Shown: positions 40,123 to 49,603 of the stretch, one piece after another
Position numbering within the stretch: position 1 is the first letter of the stretch
Layout of the letters: each line of letters starts with the position of its first letter
Position numbers and translations under genes: made by a program
The notes under the pieces: generated by a model
Told to the model about the DNA's origin: nothing
Database searches by the model: none
What the model saw: only the letters and a program-made list of their open reading frames with translations
Sequence record: OR896157.1
Strand: one strand, 5' to 3'
Origin: a phage
DNA length: 64,000 nucleotides

Positions 40123-41253
40123 TTAGATGTACTTAGCCGGAATGAACGGCTTAGAGTTCTTCAAGAACGCAGCGTTCAGCTTCGTGATGAGCTGGTCGTC
40201 ATCAAGGTCTCCTGCATACATTTTCATGATGATACCGAAAATCTGAGGTAGACCCGCTGCGGCAGTAGCCGCTTGAGCATTTGCTGCATAAGTCTTACGA
40301 TCTTTACCACGATGAGTAGAGTAGAAGTCTTGGCACAGTTTAAGAGCTGAACGAAGATAGTCTAAGTACTGGGTTTCAAAGGCATTAATCTTATCGATAG
40401 CTACTTTATCATTATCAAACATGCCACGAAGGTCATCAGCAGCATTGTTCACGATGCATTCAAACAGACGTTGGTTGTTGATAATAGAATCCTTTGTGTG
40501 GTGTAGAGCACAATACCATTCTGTTTTCAGTTTGAAACGAAGACCATCTTCCATTACGCAAACATAACCTTCAATTTGTTCTTCAGCACGAATCTTGGAA
40601 ACGAAATCTCCATTAGGAACTTCAAATGCTTCTACCAGATACTTACGAAGAACTGGATGTGCCAAAAGGTCTTCGTAATCAATGTACTCACCTGTGTCAT
40701 TTTCGCGAACGTTCAGAAGAATAAGCATCTTTTCATGGTAGTTCAGAACAATTCGGTTTTGTGGAGAACAGTATTCAAAGTTAGCAGTGAAACCATCTTT
40801 TGCTAAATCAATCAGAGCTTCAGCCAAATCCAGATGATCGATACTTGCCAGCATTGCAGAAGCTTCAACAGCCTGCTCAGATTTGATAGAAGTCTTAGAC
40901 TTAAAGCGAATACGATTTTCACCGTCCAAATAAGTAGAAACCAAGGAGCCATCTTCTTTGGCTAACATATACTTAATCTTAGAAAGGTCCAGATTCATAG
41001 TGAATGGAGTTTCATTAAGATTGAAGAACTTTTCCATTGGACGAGATGCGATACGCACCGGGGCATCGTCTGAATCAAGTTCAAACATAATGCCACGACA
41101 CTCTAATGCAGACGGCAGGAGCCAGTCAGAGTAAGATGCGTAATGGTAAGAAAACGTGCGATATTTGTACCCCATTGGAGATACATCATCACAGTAGAAG
41201 AAACGAGTTTCATCGTTACATAGAGTCATGAGCTCATTGAATAATTTTTTCAC
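40123..41253 (-). CDS. rnlA: RNA ligase 1
   Basis: 376 aa (T4 Rnl1 374 aa); ...YASYSDWLLP.ALECRGIMFE... and lysine motif region match T4 as recalled. Confidence 0.94.
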   Translation of the reverse strand: MKKLFNELMTLCNDETRFFYCDDVSPMGYKYRTFSYHYASYSDWLLPSALECRGIMFELDSDDAPVRIASRPMEKFFNLNETPFTMNLDLSKIKYMLAKEDGSLVSTYLDGENRIRFKSKTSIKSEQAVEASAMLASIDHLDLAEALIDLAKDGFTANFEYCSPQNRIVLNYHEKMLILLNVRENDTGEYIDYEDLLAHPVLRKYLVEAFEVPNGDFVSKIRAEEQIEGYVCVMEDGLRFKLKTEWYCALHHTKDSIINNQRLFECIVNNAADDLRGMFDNDKVAIDKINAFETQYLDYLRSALKLCQDFYSTHRGKDRKTYAANAQAATAAAGLPQIFGIIMKMYAGDLDDDQLITKLNAAFLKNSKPFIPAKYI

Positions 41254-41663
41254 TTTTTACCCTTATGTTGAGTATTCCACGGAGGATTGAATTTTTTGAT
41301 GAACATCGGTTCTTCAAGGTCCATCGTTGAGATTGACATTTCACCGAGTTCATTGTTTATCAGGAGATTAAAGCATTGTCGAGCATAGAAGCTAACAGTC
41401 TTTCCTGACATCAGAGCATCGTAAATCTTTGCTGATTTAGTTGAATCTGATGTCTGGTCTTTGCGATTAATCGCTGTCCTGTAATAATTTATTCTCTTTC
41501 TGAGATTCTTGGTCTTACCGATGTAGACCAACTCATTATCAACTGCTATTGCATAAACCACATTCAACTTGTTTGGAACTTGGACGTGGTCTATCGTACA
41601 ATCCGGTAGCAGCTTCAGTTGAGTGTATTCTATAAAAGAAAACTCGTTAGCAATATCTTTCAT
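41250..41663 (-). CDS. denA: endonuclease II (GIY-YIG family)
   Basis: 137 aa; VYIGKTKNLRKRINYYRTAINRKD..SDSTKSA matches T4 EndoII as recalled. Confidence 0.94.
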   Translation of the reverse strand: MKDIANEFSFIEYTQLKLLPDCTIDHVQVPNKLNVVYAIAVDNELVYIGKTKNLRKRINYYRTAINRKDQTSDSTKSAKIYDALMSGKTVSFYARQCFNLLINNELGEMSISTMDLEEPMFIKKFNPPWNTQHKGKK

Positions 41664-41669
41664 AACAGA

Positions 41670-41685
41670 AGGGCCCGAAGGCCCT
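41670..41685 (-). terminator. C(UUCG)G hairpin between nrdB and denA
   Basis: Plus AGGGCC-CGAA-GGCCCT. Confidence 0.4.
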
Positions 41686-41689
41686 CTCC

Positions 41690-42865
41690 TTACAAATACT
41701 TTCTGAATTTCAACAGCACATCAGCATCTACATCGTTATCAATCTGTGCTACAAGGTAACTTGAGATTTCAACTTCTTGTGGAGCAGATTGTACCGCATC
41801 TGAGTTTAAGTATTCACGAATCCATGGGATTGGGTGACGAACAGGAGCGTCAGTAATCGGGCATGGAAGACCACAGCTACGCATACGTGAAACAGTCAGA
41901 TAGTCGATGAAGTCATGAAGGATTTTCACTGAAAGACCAGGAACTCCACCATCACGCCACAGATGAACTGCCCATTCTTTTTCTTGGCGGTTGATTTCCA
42001 TGAAGATATCAACGGCTTCTTGTTCGCATTCACGAGCAATCTGAACCCATTCTTCGCCATCAGTGCCAAGTTGAAGCTGACGAATAATGTACTGCGTGCC
42101 TTTCAGATGAAGCTGTTCATCGCGTGCAATGAACTTCATAATCTTGGAGTTACCTTCCATGATTTCCATGTTCTTATGGAAATTGAAGGTACATGCGAAA
42201 GATACGTAAAAACGAATTGCTTCAAGACCATTGATGACATGCAGACACAGATAAAGTGCTTTCATTAGTTCACGTTTAGCATCAATGACATATCCTTCAT
42301 ACATTTCAATGTCATTTTGTTGGCATGAACCAAGAGATTCTTCATACCGCTCTTTAGCGTTTTCCCACAGACGAGTCTTCAGAATTACATCGTCATAATA
42401 ATGACCAATTGTCTCAGCTCGTTTCATAATTGCTTCATCGAGAACAATCTCATCAAACACCTTTGCCGGGTCATTCAGCAGGTTACGCATGATGTGAGTA
42501 TATGAACGAGAGTGAATCGTTTCAGAGAACGTCCAGGTCTGGTTCCATGTATCGAGTGATGGGTCAGAAATCAGAGCAGAAAGAACAGCAGCTGGAGCTC
42601 GGCCTTGGATTGAATCCAGAAGGCTTTGATATTTCAAATTATCAAGGAATACGTTTTGCTGGCCAACTGGAAGCTTTTCAAATTGAGCTCGGTCAGTCAT
42701 CAGGTTAACTTCTTCAGGACGCCAGAAGAACGAGAGTTGTTTCTCAATCAATTCTTCAAATGTACGGTGACGCTGAATATCATATCGTGCAATACCAAGC
42801 CCACTTCCGAAGAACATCGGCTCGGTCATCAAATCTACTTGTTGCGTATTAAAAACTGTGCTCAT
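41690..42865 (-). CDS. nrdB: ribonucleotide reductase small subunit (uninterrupted)
   Basis: 391 aa continuous ORF; position downstream of nrdA; similarity to T4 NrdB recalled, no intron evident. Confidence 0.93.
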   Translation of the reverse strand: MSTVFNTQQVDLMTEPMFFGSGLGIARYDIQRHRTFEELIEKQLSFFWRPEEVNLMTDRAQFEKLPVGQQNVFLDNLKYQSLLDSIQGRAPAAVLSALISDPSLDTWNQTWTFSETIHSRSYTHIMRNLLNDPAKVFDEIVLDEAIMKRAETIGHYYDDVILKTRLWENAKERYEESLGSCQQNDIEMYEGYVIDAKRELMKALYLCLHVINGLEAIRFYVSFACTFNFHKNMEIMEGNSKIMKFIARDEQLHLKGTQYIIRQLQLGTDGEEWVQIARECEQEAVDIFMEINRQEKEWAVHLWRDGGVPGLSVKILHDFIDYLTVSRMRSCGLPCPITDAPVRHPIPWIREYLNSDAVQSAPQEVEISSYLVAQIDNDVDADVLLKFRKYL

Positions 42866-43083
42866 TTAACTTCCTCAAATTCAAATTCAACATTCACCTG
42901 AGCAATAGCTTCAGCTGCGCAACGATAACCTTCAAGAAACATTGCAAGACTGTGATCGTCGTCGTTTACCATTAAAGGTGGAACTTCGTTTAATGCAGAA
43001 CGAATGATGAATGTTTTCATTTGTTCGCCATTATTATAAACGGCATAAATGTCGTACCATTTTGCTTCTGTTCTGTGGCTCAT
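42862..43083 (-). CDS. hypothetical protein
   Basis: 73 aa; coupled between nrdA-side ORF and nrdB. Confidence 0.5.
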   Translation of the reverse strand: MSHRTEAKWYDIYAVYNNGEQMKTFIIRSALNEVPPLMVNDDDHSLAMFLEGYRCAAEAIAQVNVEFEFEEVK

Positions 43084-43256
43084 AAATTGTATGTCCTATT
43101 AAGTAATTCTGACGTAACTTTAGTTGATTCTGAATAAATTCTAAACTCTTCGTCTAGCTTTTTAAGACGTTTTCTTAATTTTTCAATAAATTCAGGCGTC
43201 AACTCTATTGTTTTAACTATTTCCAAAAGTTCTTGAATACTCATAGTTTGCTTCAT
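43080..43256 (-). CDS. hypothetical protein
   Basis: 58 aa from ATG with AGGAGG Shine-Dalgarno. Confidence 0.5.
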   Translation of the reverse strand: MKQTMSIQELLEIVKTIELTPEFIEKLRKRLKKLDEEFRIYSESTKVTSELLNRTYNL

Positions 43257-43302
43257 AAATCCTCCTAAGGACCATCCGTGGTCCAATTATAAACTGAAAG
43301 AA

Positions 43303-45558
43303 TTAAAGCTTACATGCAGAACAATCTTCGGCTTTTGGTTTTTCGATTTCGAAATCATCGTTACCGGAACCATCACGAGTGTTATGATAGTACAATGTCT
43401 TACCACCAAAGTACCAGAAGTAAAGCAAGTCGTCCATCATAACAGACATTGGCACTTTACCTTTCTCATAATTCTGAGGGTCATAGTAAGTATTAGCTGA
43501 TGCAGATTGGCATACCCACTTCAACATAATAGCTACTTGAGTCAGATAAGGCTTGTTACCCTGCTTAGCAAGTTTCCATGCATAATCATAGAGGTCAGCA
43601 TTCAGTTCAACATTCGGAACTACTTGGTTGAAGCTTCCTTCTTTAGACTCTTTAATAGAGACTGGACCTCGTGGCGGCTCAATACCGTTTGTGCTGTTGG
43701 AAACCTGGGAGGAGGACTCACATGGCATGAGTGCGGACAATGTACTGTTACGGATGCCATATTGCTTGAGTTCTGCACGGAGTGCTTCCCAGTCACAAAC
43801 GTAATTCGGGGCCGCGAGCTGGTCAATTCTTTTATTGTACCAGTCGATAGGTAATTCGCCTCGAGACCAACGAGTGTCTTTATAATACTCGCAAGGTCCT
43901 TTTTCTTTTGCAAGTTTAATTGATGCTTTGATAAGTGCATATTGCAGCCTTTCAAACAGTTCGTGAGTCAAGTCATTTGCATCAGCATATGTAGCAAAGT
44001 TATCTGCTAACCAAGCAGCGTAGTTTGTTACACCAACACCCAATGCTCGACGTTTAAGAGCTTTCAAAGCTTCTTTAACCGGATAACCTTGATAACTCAA
44101 GAGGTTGTCGAGTGCTCGGACTTGGACTTCTGCGAGCTCGTTAATAGTTTCTTGGTCTTGCCAATCGAAGTTGCCGAGCACGAACGCAGACAACGTACAC
44201 AGCGCAATTTCTGCGTCTTCTGAGTAGACGTCTTTAGTAGGTAACGCAATTTCTGCGCAGAGGTTCGATTGCTTAATCGTAGCCACATCACGAATAAAAG
44301 GACCATAATTACCAACGTTATCTACGAAGTAAGGGTAAATTCGAGCAGTGCCTGAACGCTCAGTTAAGAATAACTCAATCAGTTCACGAGCTTTGACACG
44401 CTTCTTACGAACATCTGGATTCTTTTCAAGAGCTTCATATTGTTCACGGAACGCAGCAGCATCTTTGAAATAGTTCTCATAAAGGCGACCAGCATCAATG
44501 TCCGGAGAGAACAGAGTGATGTAATCATCTTTAATCAGACGTTCAAACATCAGGTCGTTGATTTGAACACCGTAGTCCAAGTGACGAATTCGGTTTTCAT
44601 CTACGCCTTTGTTGTTCTTGAGTACGAGGAGGTTTTCAACTTCCAAGTGCCAGATTGGATAGTACAATGTCGCCGCGCCACCACGAACTCCGCCTTGGGA
44701 ACAAGATTTAACTGCTGTTTGGATGTGTTTCCAGAAAGGAATAACTCCAGTATGCTTGACTTCTCCGAAGCCGATTTTTGAACCTTCTGCACGAATCATA
44801 CCTGCGTTAATGCCGATACCAGCACGTTTAGAGATGTACTCTACAATTGATTCAGCAGATTTGTTAATTGATTTCAGTGAATCACCAGCTTCAATAACAA
44901 CGCAAGAGCTGAATTGACGAGTAGGAGTACGAGCACCTGCCATAATAGGAGTAGGCAGAGAAATTTTCTTAGTTGACACGGCATCATAAAAACGAATAGT
45001 GTTCACCAAACGATTTTCACCATCGTCCTGATGCAGAGTCATACCGATGAGCATGAATGCAAACTGAGGAGTTTCGATGATTTGACCGGTGCTACGGTCT
45101 TTGACCAGGTATTTTTCAATGAGCTGCATTGTGCCAGCATACGTCATTTCAAAATCGCGATCATGAACAATTTTACTTTCAAGCAGAGCAATTTCTTCAG
45201 CAGACCATTTGGCAAGAATTTCTTTGTCATATTTGTTGTGATTAACACCAAATGAAATCTGGTCAATAAACGAACGAGGTTCAAACTGCCCATAAACTTG
45301 CTTACGGAGATTGAACATCGCCAGATTACTTGCTACATATTGATAATCTGGTTCTTCAATTGAAATCATTGAAGCTGCAACTTTAGTAGCTGCGCGTTGA
45401 ATGTCATAAGTTGTCATTCCATCTTGTAGATGCGGAACGATAGCTTGATATAGCTCATATGGGTCAACTCGGGTGTTTTCACAACCCCATTCCAGAACTT
45501 TGATAAGTTTTTCTGGAGTAAATTCCTGAGAGGTACCACTGGACTTAATTACTTTCAT
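43303..45558 (-). CDS. nrdA: ribonucleotide reductase large subunit
   Basis: 751 aa (T4 NrdA 754 aa); class Ia RNR features including C-terminal Cys pair. Confidence 0.96.
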   Translation of the reverse strand: MKVIKSSGTSQEFTPEKLIKVLEWGCENTRVDPYELYQAIVPHLQDGMTTYDIQRAATKVAASMISIEEPDYQYVASNLAMFNLRKQVYGQFEPRSFIDQISFGVNHNKYDKEILAKWSAEEIALLESKIVHDRDFEMTYAGTMQLIEKYLVKDRSTGQIIETPQFAFMLIGMTLHQDDGENRLVNTIRFYDAVSTKKISLPTPIMAGARTPTRQFSSCVVIEAGDSLKSINKSAESIVEYISKRAGIGINAGMIRAEGSKIGFGEVKHTGVIPFWKHIQTAVKSCSQGGVRGGAATLYYPIWHLEVENLLVLKNNKGVDENRIRHLDYGVQINDLMFERLIKDDYITLFSPDIDAGRLYENYFKDAAAFREQYEALEKNPDVRKKRVKARELIELFLTERSGTARIYPYFVDNVGNYGPFIRDVATIKQSNLCAEIALPTKDVYSEDAEIALCTLSAFVLGNFDWQDQETINELAEVQVRALDNLLSYQGYPVKEALKALKRRALGVGVTNYAAWLADNFATYADANDLTHELFERLQYALIKASIKLAKEKGPCEYYKDTRWSRGELPIDWYNKRIDQLAAPNYVCDWEALRAELKQYGIRNSTLSALMPCESSSQVSNSTNGIEPPRGPVSIKESKEGSFNQVVPNVELNADLYDYAWKLAKQGNKPYLTQVAIMLKWVCQSASANTYYDPQNYEKGKVPMSVMMDDLLYFWYFGGKTLYYHNTRDGSGNDDFEIEKPKAEDCSACKL

Positions 45559-45856
45559 GCAAATCCTCTAGCGTAAATGTGTCTTTGAATAGTCTGTTTA
45601 CTATATGAGCTATTATATCACCATGGCAAGCTTTAGGTTTACAAGTGCATCCTAATCTCATTCCACGGAGGGTCTCCAAGTGCTCACGTTTTATTTCACC
45701 ACTCCTAATACGCTTAATGAAGTCCTCTTTAAAGGCTTCAATGGCAGCCTCCCGGCTGCCAGCATTTTTACCAACGTCATTACCCCACATTGTACCTCGT
45801 TGGATATTAACGTCGAAATCGGAATGGTATTTATTAACCACTCGACAAGCTCTCAT
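45545..45856 (-). CDS. DUF4326-like Cys-rich protein
   Basis: 103 aa; RGTMWGN and LGCTCKPKACHGD resemble DUF4326 signature motifs as recalled; overlaps nrdA start. Confidence 0.5.
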   Translation of the reverse strand: MRACRVVNKYHSDFDVNIQRGTMWGNDVGKNAGSREAAIEAFKEDFIKRIRSGEIKREHLETLRGMRLGCTCKPKACHGDIIAHIVNRLFKDTFTLEDLHESN

Positions 45857-46086
45857 TTAACTTCCACAATAAACCATGTATCATGAATTAATTGATTAGA
45901 TTCAAGTCCGAATTCTTCAAAACCGTGCGCTTTTTCGTATGCATGGACAACGTTACGAACATAGAGACGCGCTCCACGAACTTGAATAATTGAACCGACC
46001 TTTGGAATTTCAGAATCACGGATGTTATAAACTTCTGCGATAGGGTCTTCTTCATTATTTTGAATTACAATTCTAAGATGTGGCAT
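45853..46086 (-). CDS. hypothetical protein
   Basis: 77 aa. Confidence 0.5.
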   Translation of the reverse strand: MPHLRIVIQNNEEDPIAEVYNIRDSEIPKVGSIIQVRGARLYVRNVVHAYEKAHGFEEFGLESNQLIHDTWFIVEVK

Positions 46087-46274
46087 TATGCTTTACTCAC
46101 AATAACAACGCGTTCAGTAGATTCACCAACAATTTCAATGTGATGAGCCAGAACTATATGAAAATAGCCATTAATCATAATAGAAGAGTTTAATTTGAAG
46201 TCAGCATCGCACAGTTGCTCATCAGTTTGAGCATAAACGATACTTCCCAAAGCATTTGTAAATTTAGTAATCAT
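46086..46274 (-). CDS. hypothetical protein
   Basis: 62 aa. Confidence 0.45.
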   Translation of the reverse strand: MITKFTNALGSIVYAQTDEQLCDADFKLNSSIMINGYFHIVLAHHIEIVGESTERVVIVSKA

Positions 46275-47131
46275 ACAGCCATTTTTCCTTTGATTGTTGG
46301 GTGACTTTCATAGTTAACTAACTTGAAGTCTTCGATAACAGCAAATCGGTTTATCCACTTAAGCTGAGATGAAGTTTGCCAGCGCTCAAACTCAATTGGA
46401 AAATCAATTTCAAGCTCACAGAGTTCTTTTGGCTCTCGACGAAGAATTTCTTCGCACTGCTCAATATGATTTGAGTAGATGTGAGTGTTGCCCCCAGTAA
46501 ATATCAAATGACCAGGTTTTAAGCCAGTCATTTTAGCTACGATATGAATCAAAGCAGCATATGATGCAATATTGAATGGTAGACCAAGGAATACATCTAC
46601 CGACCTCTGGTACCACTGGAGGTCCAGAAACCCATTGCGTACGTTAAACTGATATATCATATGGCATGGTGGAAGCGCCATCTTAGGGATGTCTAGAGGG
46701 TTCCAGGCAGTCACAATTTGACGACGGTCATTAGGCAGTTCTTTAATTCGGTCAATAACCAAAGTCAATTGGTCAACACCCATAAAGTCTCGCCATTGCT
46801 TACCGTAGACAGGACCAAGCTCACCATCAACGTATCCCATTGAACGAGCTTGATTTTCGTAATTGTCGTCCCAGACAGTTTTACCATTTGTCGGAGAACC
46901 ATGCTGACGAAGACGTAAATCGTTTACATTTGTTGAACCAGATAGGAACCACAAAAGTTCTGCAATACATGCTTTCCAGGCAAGCTTCTTAGTAGTTACT
47001 GCTGGAAAACCTTGTTGCAAATCAAAACGAAGCTGAGTGCCAAACACAGCACAAGTGCCAGTTCCTGTGCGGTCATCAGTCACGTAACCTTCATCAAAGA
47101 TATGCTGAATTAGCTGTTGATATTGTTTCAT
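46271..47131 (-). CDS. td: thymidylate synthase (uninterrupted)
   Basis: 286 aa, same length as the spliced T4 Td product; continuous ORF. Confidence 0.95.
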   Translation of the reverse strand: MKQYQQLIQHIFDEGYVTDDRTGTGTCAVFGTQLRFDLQQGFPAVTTKKLAWKACIAELLWFLSGSTNVNDLRLRQHGSPTNGKTVWDDNYENQARSMGYVDGELGPVYGKQWRDFMGVDQLTLVIDRIKELPNDRRQIVTAWNPLDIPKMALPPCHMIYQFNVRNGFLDLQWYQRSVDVFLGLPFNIASYAALIHIVAKMTGLKPGHLIFTGGNTHIYSNHIEQCEEILRREPKELCELEIDFPIEFERWQTSSQLKWINRFAVIEDFKLVNYESHPTIKGKMAV

Positions 47132-47478
47132 TATTTTCCTGGGCGAAAGAAGATTTCACGGCCTTGTTTATCAAACCGACCAAAAACAGTCATCGTATTA
47201 CCAGTGATGACTACATTACCTTTAGCAATATGATGAATTGTTTGACGAGTGTTCATCATAATTTTAACACCTAAGCCACGAGCAATTCTGATGCCTTCAT
47301 CAGCTGCCCAAGTGTCATTGATTTCAACATCAATGCGATACAATCCATGTGGAATTGTTTTGTATAACTCAGGCTTTCGCTTATATTGCTCAATAGTAGG
47401 AGCATTACCCTCGATTACTAAAGCCCAGTTTTTCTGGGTCTCTTCTTGTAACAGAGTCAAATGATTATTGATTTTCAT
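47131..47478 (-). CDS. hypothetical protein, paralog A of tandem pair
   Basis: 115 aa from internal ATG; shares L.LL...TQK.W and GNV.ITGN...FG.F....G...FF.P with the adjacent ORF. Confidence 0.55.
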   Translation of the reverse strand: MKINNHLTLLQEETQKNWALVIEGNAPTIEQYKRKPELYKTIPHGLYRIDVEINDTWAADEGIRIARGLGVKIMMNTRQTIHHIAKGNVVITGNTMTVFGRFDKQGREIFFRPGK

Positions 47479-47785
47479 ATTGTTCTTCCAACGGATTGAA
47501 GAATACTTGACTTCCGCTTTTAAAGAAGTCTCCAATCATTGTAACATAGCCATTTGAAAAGCTAACATTACCATTCATTGAAGCAAGTAGCACTGATTTC
47601 ATTGAACGACAAAGTTCAATTGGGTTATTTCCATTGCTATCATAGATAGTGTACTCTGCATTACGATACTCTCTGATATCTTCAATCGCAAAGGATAACT
47701 CATACACACCGTGAACTTTATTCCAGTTCTTCCATTTCTTTTGAGTTTTATAGGTCTCTAACAGACGAAGATTATACCCTTTCAT
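47465..47785 (-). CDS. hypothetical protein, paralog B of tandem pair
   Basis: 106 aa; see paralog A. Confidence 0.55.
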   Translation of the reverse strand: MKGYNLRLLETYKTQKKWKNWNKVHGVYELSFAIEDIREYRNAEYTIYDSNGNNPIELCRSMKSVLLASMNGNVSFSNGYVTMIGDFFKSGSQVFFNPLEEQYENQ

Positions 47786-48380
47786 AGACAGTCTCCGTTA
47801 ATGAAGTTAGTTCATCACAACGAACCCAAGACGTTTCTACCATTTGAAACGCATTTTCCCATGCCGGATATGAAATAAAGCTCATGTCCAGAGTGACATC
47901 AGAGTTAACCCGATGTTTCTTCTGTATTGACGTTTGGATAATACGGTCTGCGTATGGCTGAGCCGTCTCTAGAATCCTCTTGCCACCAATAACAGAATAG
48001 TTATCATTCGGAAGAAGACGAATACGAATGCCACCGTGATTTGTGTAGTAGTTATTGGTTTTGTCAAGGAAAGCTTTAAATTCTTCTGGACTCATGTAGC
48101 CGTCGGGAAATAAACCATCTTTTGCTTGAGCAAATGGACGATTCATATCTTGTACAACAATGCACTTGCGGCCTTTAAGGGCAGTAGGCATGCTCATCCA
48201 AGTTTTTGCACCCATGATAACGACAGTGTCTTTGGTACGTTTTGCAAAGTTCTGCATATCACGCTTGATATGACCCCACGGCAATCCGTCTTTAAGACCA
48301 AAAGCATATTCGTTTTGACCATTAACTGTCTTGGTTCCACAATAAGCATATACAAGTTGTAGCATTATGATTTCCTGCAT
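47772..48380 (-). CDS. frd: dihydrofolate reductase
   Basis: 202 aa; DHFR-like LPW motif region and nucleotide-binding Gly-rich segment; position upstream of td. Confidence 0.9.
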   Translation of the reverse strand: MQEIIMLQLVYAYCGTKTVNGQNEYAFGLKDGLPWGHIKRDMQNFAKRTKDTVVIMGAKTWMSMPTALKGRKCIVVQDMNRPFAQAKDGLFPDGYMSPEEFKAFLDKTNNYYTNHGGIRIRLLPNDNYSVIGGKRILETAQPYADRIIQTSIQKKHRVNSDVTLDMSFISYPAWENAFQMVETSWVRCDELTSLTETVYERV

Positions 48381-48577
48381 TTAATGAGAGCATTGTAAAG
48401 ACGGCGCGTAAATTCAATATTAGCTTCACGACCAATGCGAGATAAAAAGTTTTTAGTCATATCATCATATGACTGTTTTAGCCCAGTCGTAATATTATCA
48501 ACGGCTTCATTATAACCGTCTTTACGAGCTTTGGCTTTAGCTTCTTCAAACTCTTCAAGAGTCATTGTGATTTGCAT
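48365..48577 (-). CDS. hypothetical protein
   Basis: 70 aa from ATG that forms TAATG coupling with the upstream mini-ORF (track ORF 48365..48607). Confidence 0.5.
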   Translation of the reverse strand: MQITMTLEEFEEAKAKARKDGYNEAVDNITTGLKQSYDDMTKNFLSRIGREANIEFTRRLYNALIKCRKS

Positions 48578-48675
48578 TAACCTTGCCTCATTCCGCATTT
48601 GATACAACGACCACCAGCAAACATCAGATTAGTCCCGCAATACTTGCATTCCCAATCAGAAAGAATTCGAATCAT
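48577..48675 (-). CDS. unannotated 32-aa zinc-ribbon-like mini-ORF
   Basis: MIRILSDWECKYCGTNLMFAGGRCIKCGMRQG, CxxC-N11-CxxC; coupled to downstream ORF. Confidence 0.35.
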   Translation of the reverse strand: MIRILSDWECKYCGTNLMFAGGRCIKCGMRQG

Positions 48676-48979
48676 AACCAGCAGCCCTTACAAGACGACG
48701 CATCATTTCCATTCCATCTTCAACAGCACCAGCGAGTTCTTCAAATGCAGTTTTAGTGAAGATGAAAGCCGCACCTACTTTCTGACGCTGAAGATAACCG
48801 TTGATGATTTGGTCATCCAGCGGGAAGGTGCCATATCCAGTTTCAATTATGCCTGACACTCGGTTACCACGGGAGTGTGGGTCATACTCCATAGTAATCC
48901 AAGATACACCTGGAAAATTCTCAAACTGACAACGTACTTTAACTTTAGGATATGCAATTGAGTGAATATCGTTAGACAT
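48656..48979 (-). CDS. hypothetical protein
   Basis: 107 aa. Confidence 0.55.
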   Translation of the reverse strand: MSNDIHSIAYPKVKVRCQFENFPGVSWITMEYDPHSRGNRVSGIIETGYGTFPLDDQIINGYLQRQKVGAAFIFTKTAFEELAGAVEDGMEMMRRLVRAAGYDSNSF

Positions 48980-49263
48980 TATTTTGGCTCCTTTTTAGCA
49001 ATTTTCCAGGCAGCTTTGAAAGCTTCGACTTCAGAAATTTCAATCCAAAAACCGCTACCAAAGCCATCGTTATAGCAGGGACAGCCATCGCAGTAATGGT
49101 CCCAAGTAAGTACCAGACCATCACCACGAACAGCACCAGTTTCCATTTCGCGAAGGCGGTCTTCAGCAGCTTCAATAGCTTCCGGGTCATTCCCTTCGAT
49201 GATAAAGTACCACTTGCCATTGTATTCACTTCCGAGTTTAATTGATTGACGTTGAAGTTTCAT
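48979..49263 (-). CDS. hypothetical Cys-rich protein
   Basis: 94 aa from ATG with AGGAG Shine-Dalgarno; HYCDGCPCY motif. Confidence 0.55.
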   Translation of the reverse strand: MKLQRQSIKLGSEYNGKWYFIIEGNDPEAIEAAEDRLREMETGAVRGDGLVLTWDHYCDGCPCYNDGFGSGFWIEISEVEAFKAAWKIAKKEPK

Positions 49264-49290
49264 TTTATTCTCCTTTGTTTTGATAGGGCT

Positions 49291-49319
49291 ATAGTAACAC
49301 ACCATAGCCCTGATGTAAA
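49291..49319 (-). promoter_or_regulatory. early-promoter-like motif TTTACA-N17-TACTAT (copy 5)
   Basis: Same motif family; the -10 lies within a short palindrome GGGCTATAG...CTATAGCCC. Confidence 0.5.
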
Positions 49320-49322
49320 CGG

Positions 49323-49571
49323 TTAGTCGTCTACTTTTAGCAACTTTTTGAAAGCATCAAATGATTTCATGTGCTTTGGTTCAAGATACACATGCTTAAC
49401 CATCTTGCCTTCAAGGGAGAAGACTTCAACTACCATGTCATAACACTCGTCTTCAACGAGATGCATGCATTTTGGAGTACAAGCTTTGTCAAACAACTGA
49501 ACCAAGTTGTTGCCAGCCCAGATGTTTTTGCTGCCGTCATAGCTATAATCTTCAGAAAGAACATAAAACAT
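49323..49571 (-). CDS. hypothetical protein
   Basis: 82 aa from ATG with GGAG Shine-Dalgarno (track start is TTG). Confidence 0.55.
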   Translation of the reverse strand: MFYVLSEDYSYDGSKNIWAGNNLVQLFDKACTPKCMHLVEDECYDMVVEVFSLEGKMVKHVYLEPKHMKSFDAFKKLLKVDD

Positions 49572-49583
49572 TTTAATCTCCAA

Positions 49584-49599
49584 AGGGCCCGAAGGCCCT
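49584..49599 (-). terminator. C(UUCG)G hairpin (intercistronic)
   Basis: Plus AGGGCC-CGAA-GGCCCT. Confidence 0.4.
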
Positions 49600-49603
49600 A
49601 TTA

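Noticed and set aside
48972-49229. 85-aa ORF in alternative frame of the 48979-49263 gene
   Set aside because: Low-complexity K/L-rich translation; the other frame has a Shine-Dalgarno and conserved-looking Cys motif
4598-49583. Track ORF starts at TTG/GTG or far-upstream Met (for example 4598, 13153, 18557, 34094, 38795, 49583)
   Set aside because: Each has a downstream ATG with a Shine-Dalgarno that gives a T4-like protein length; starts trimmed accordingly
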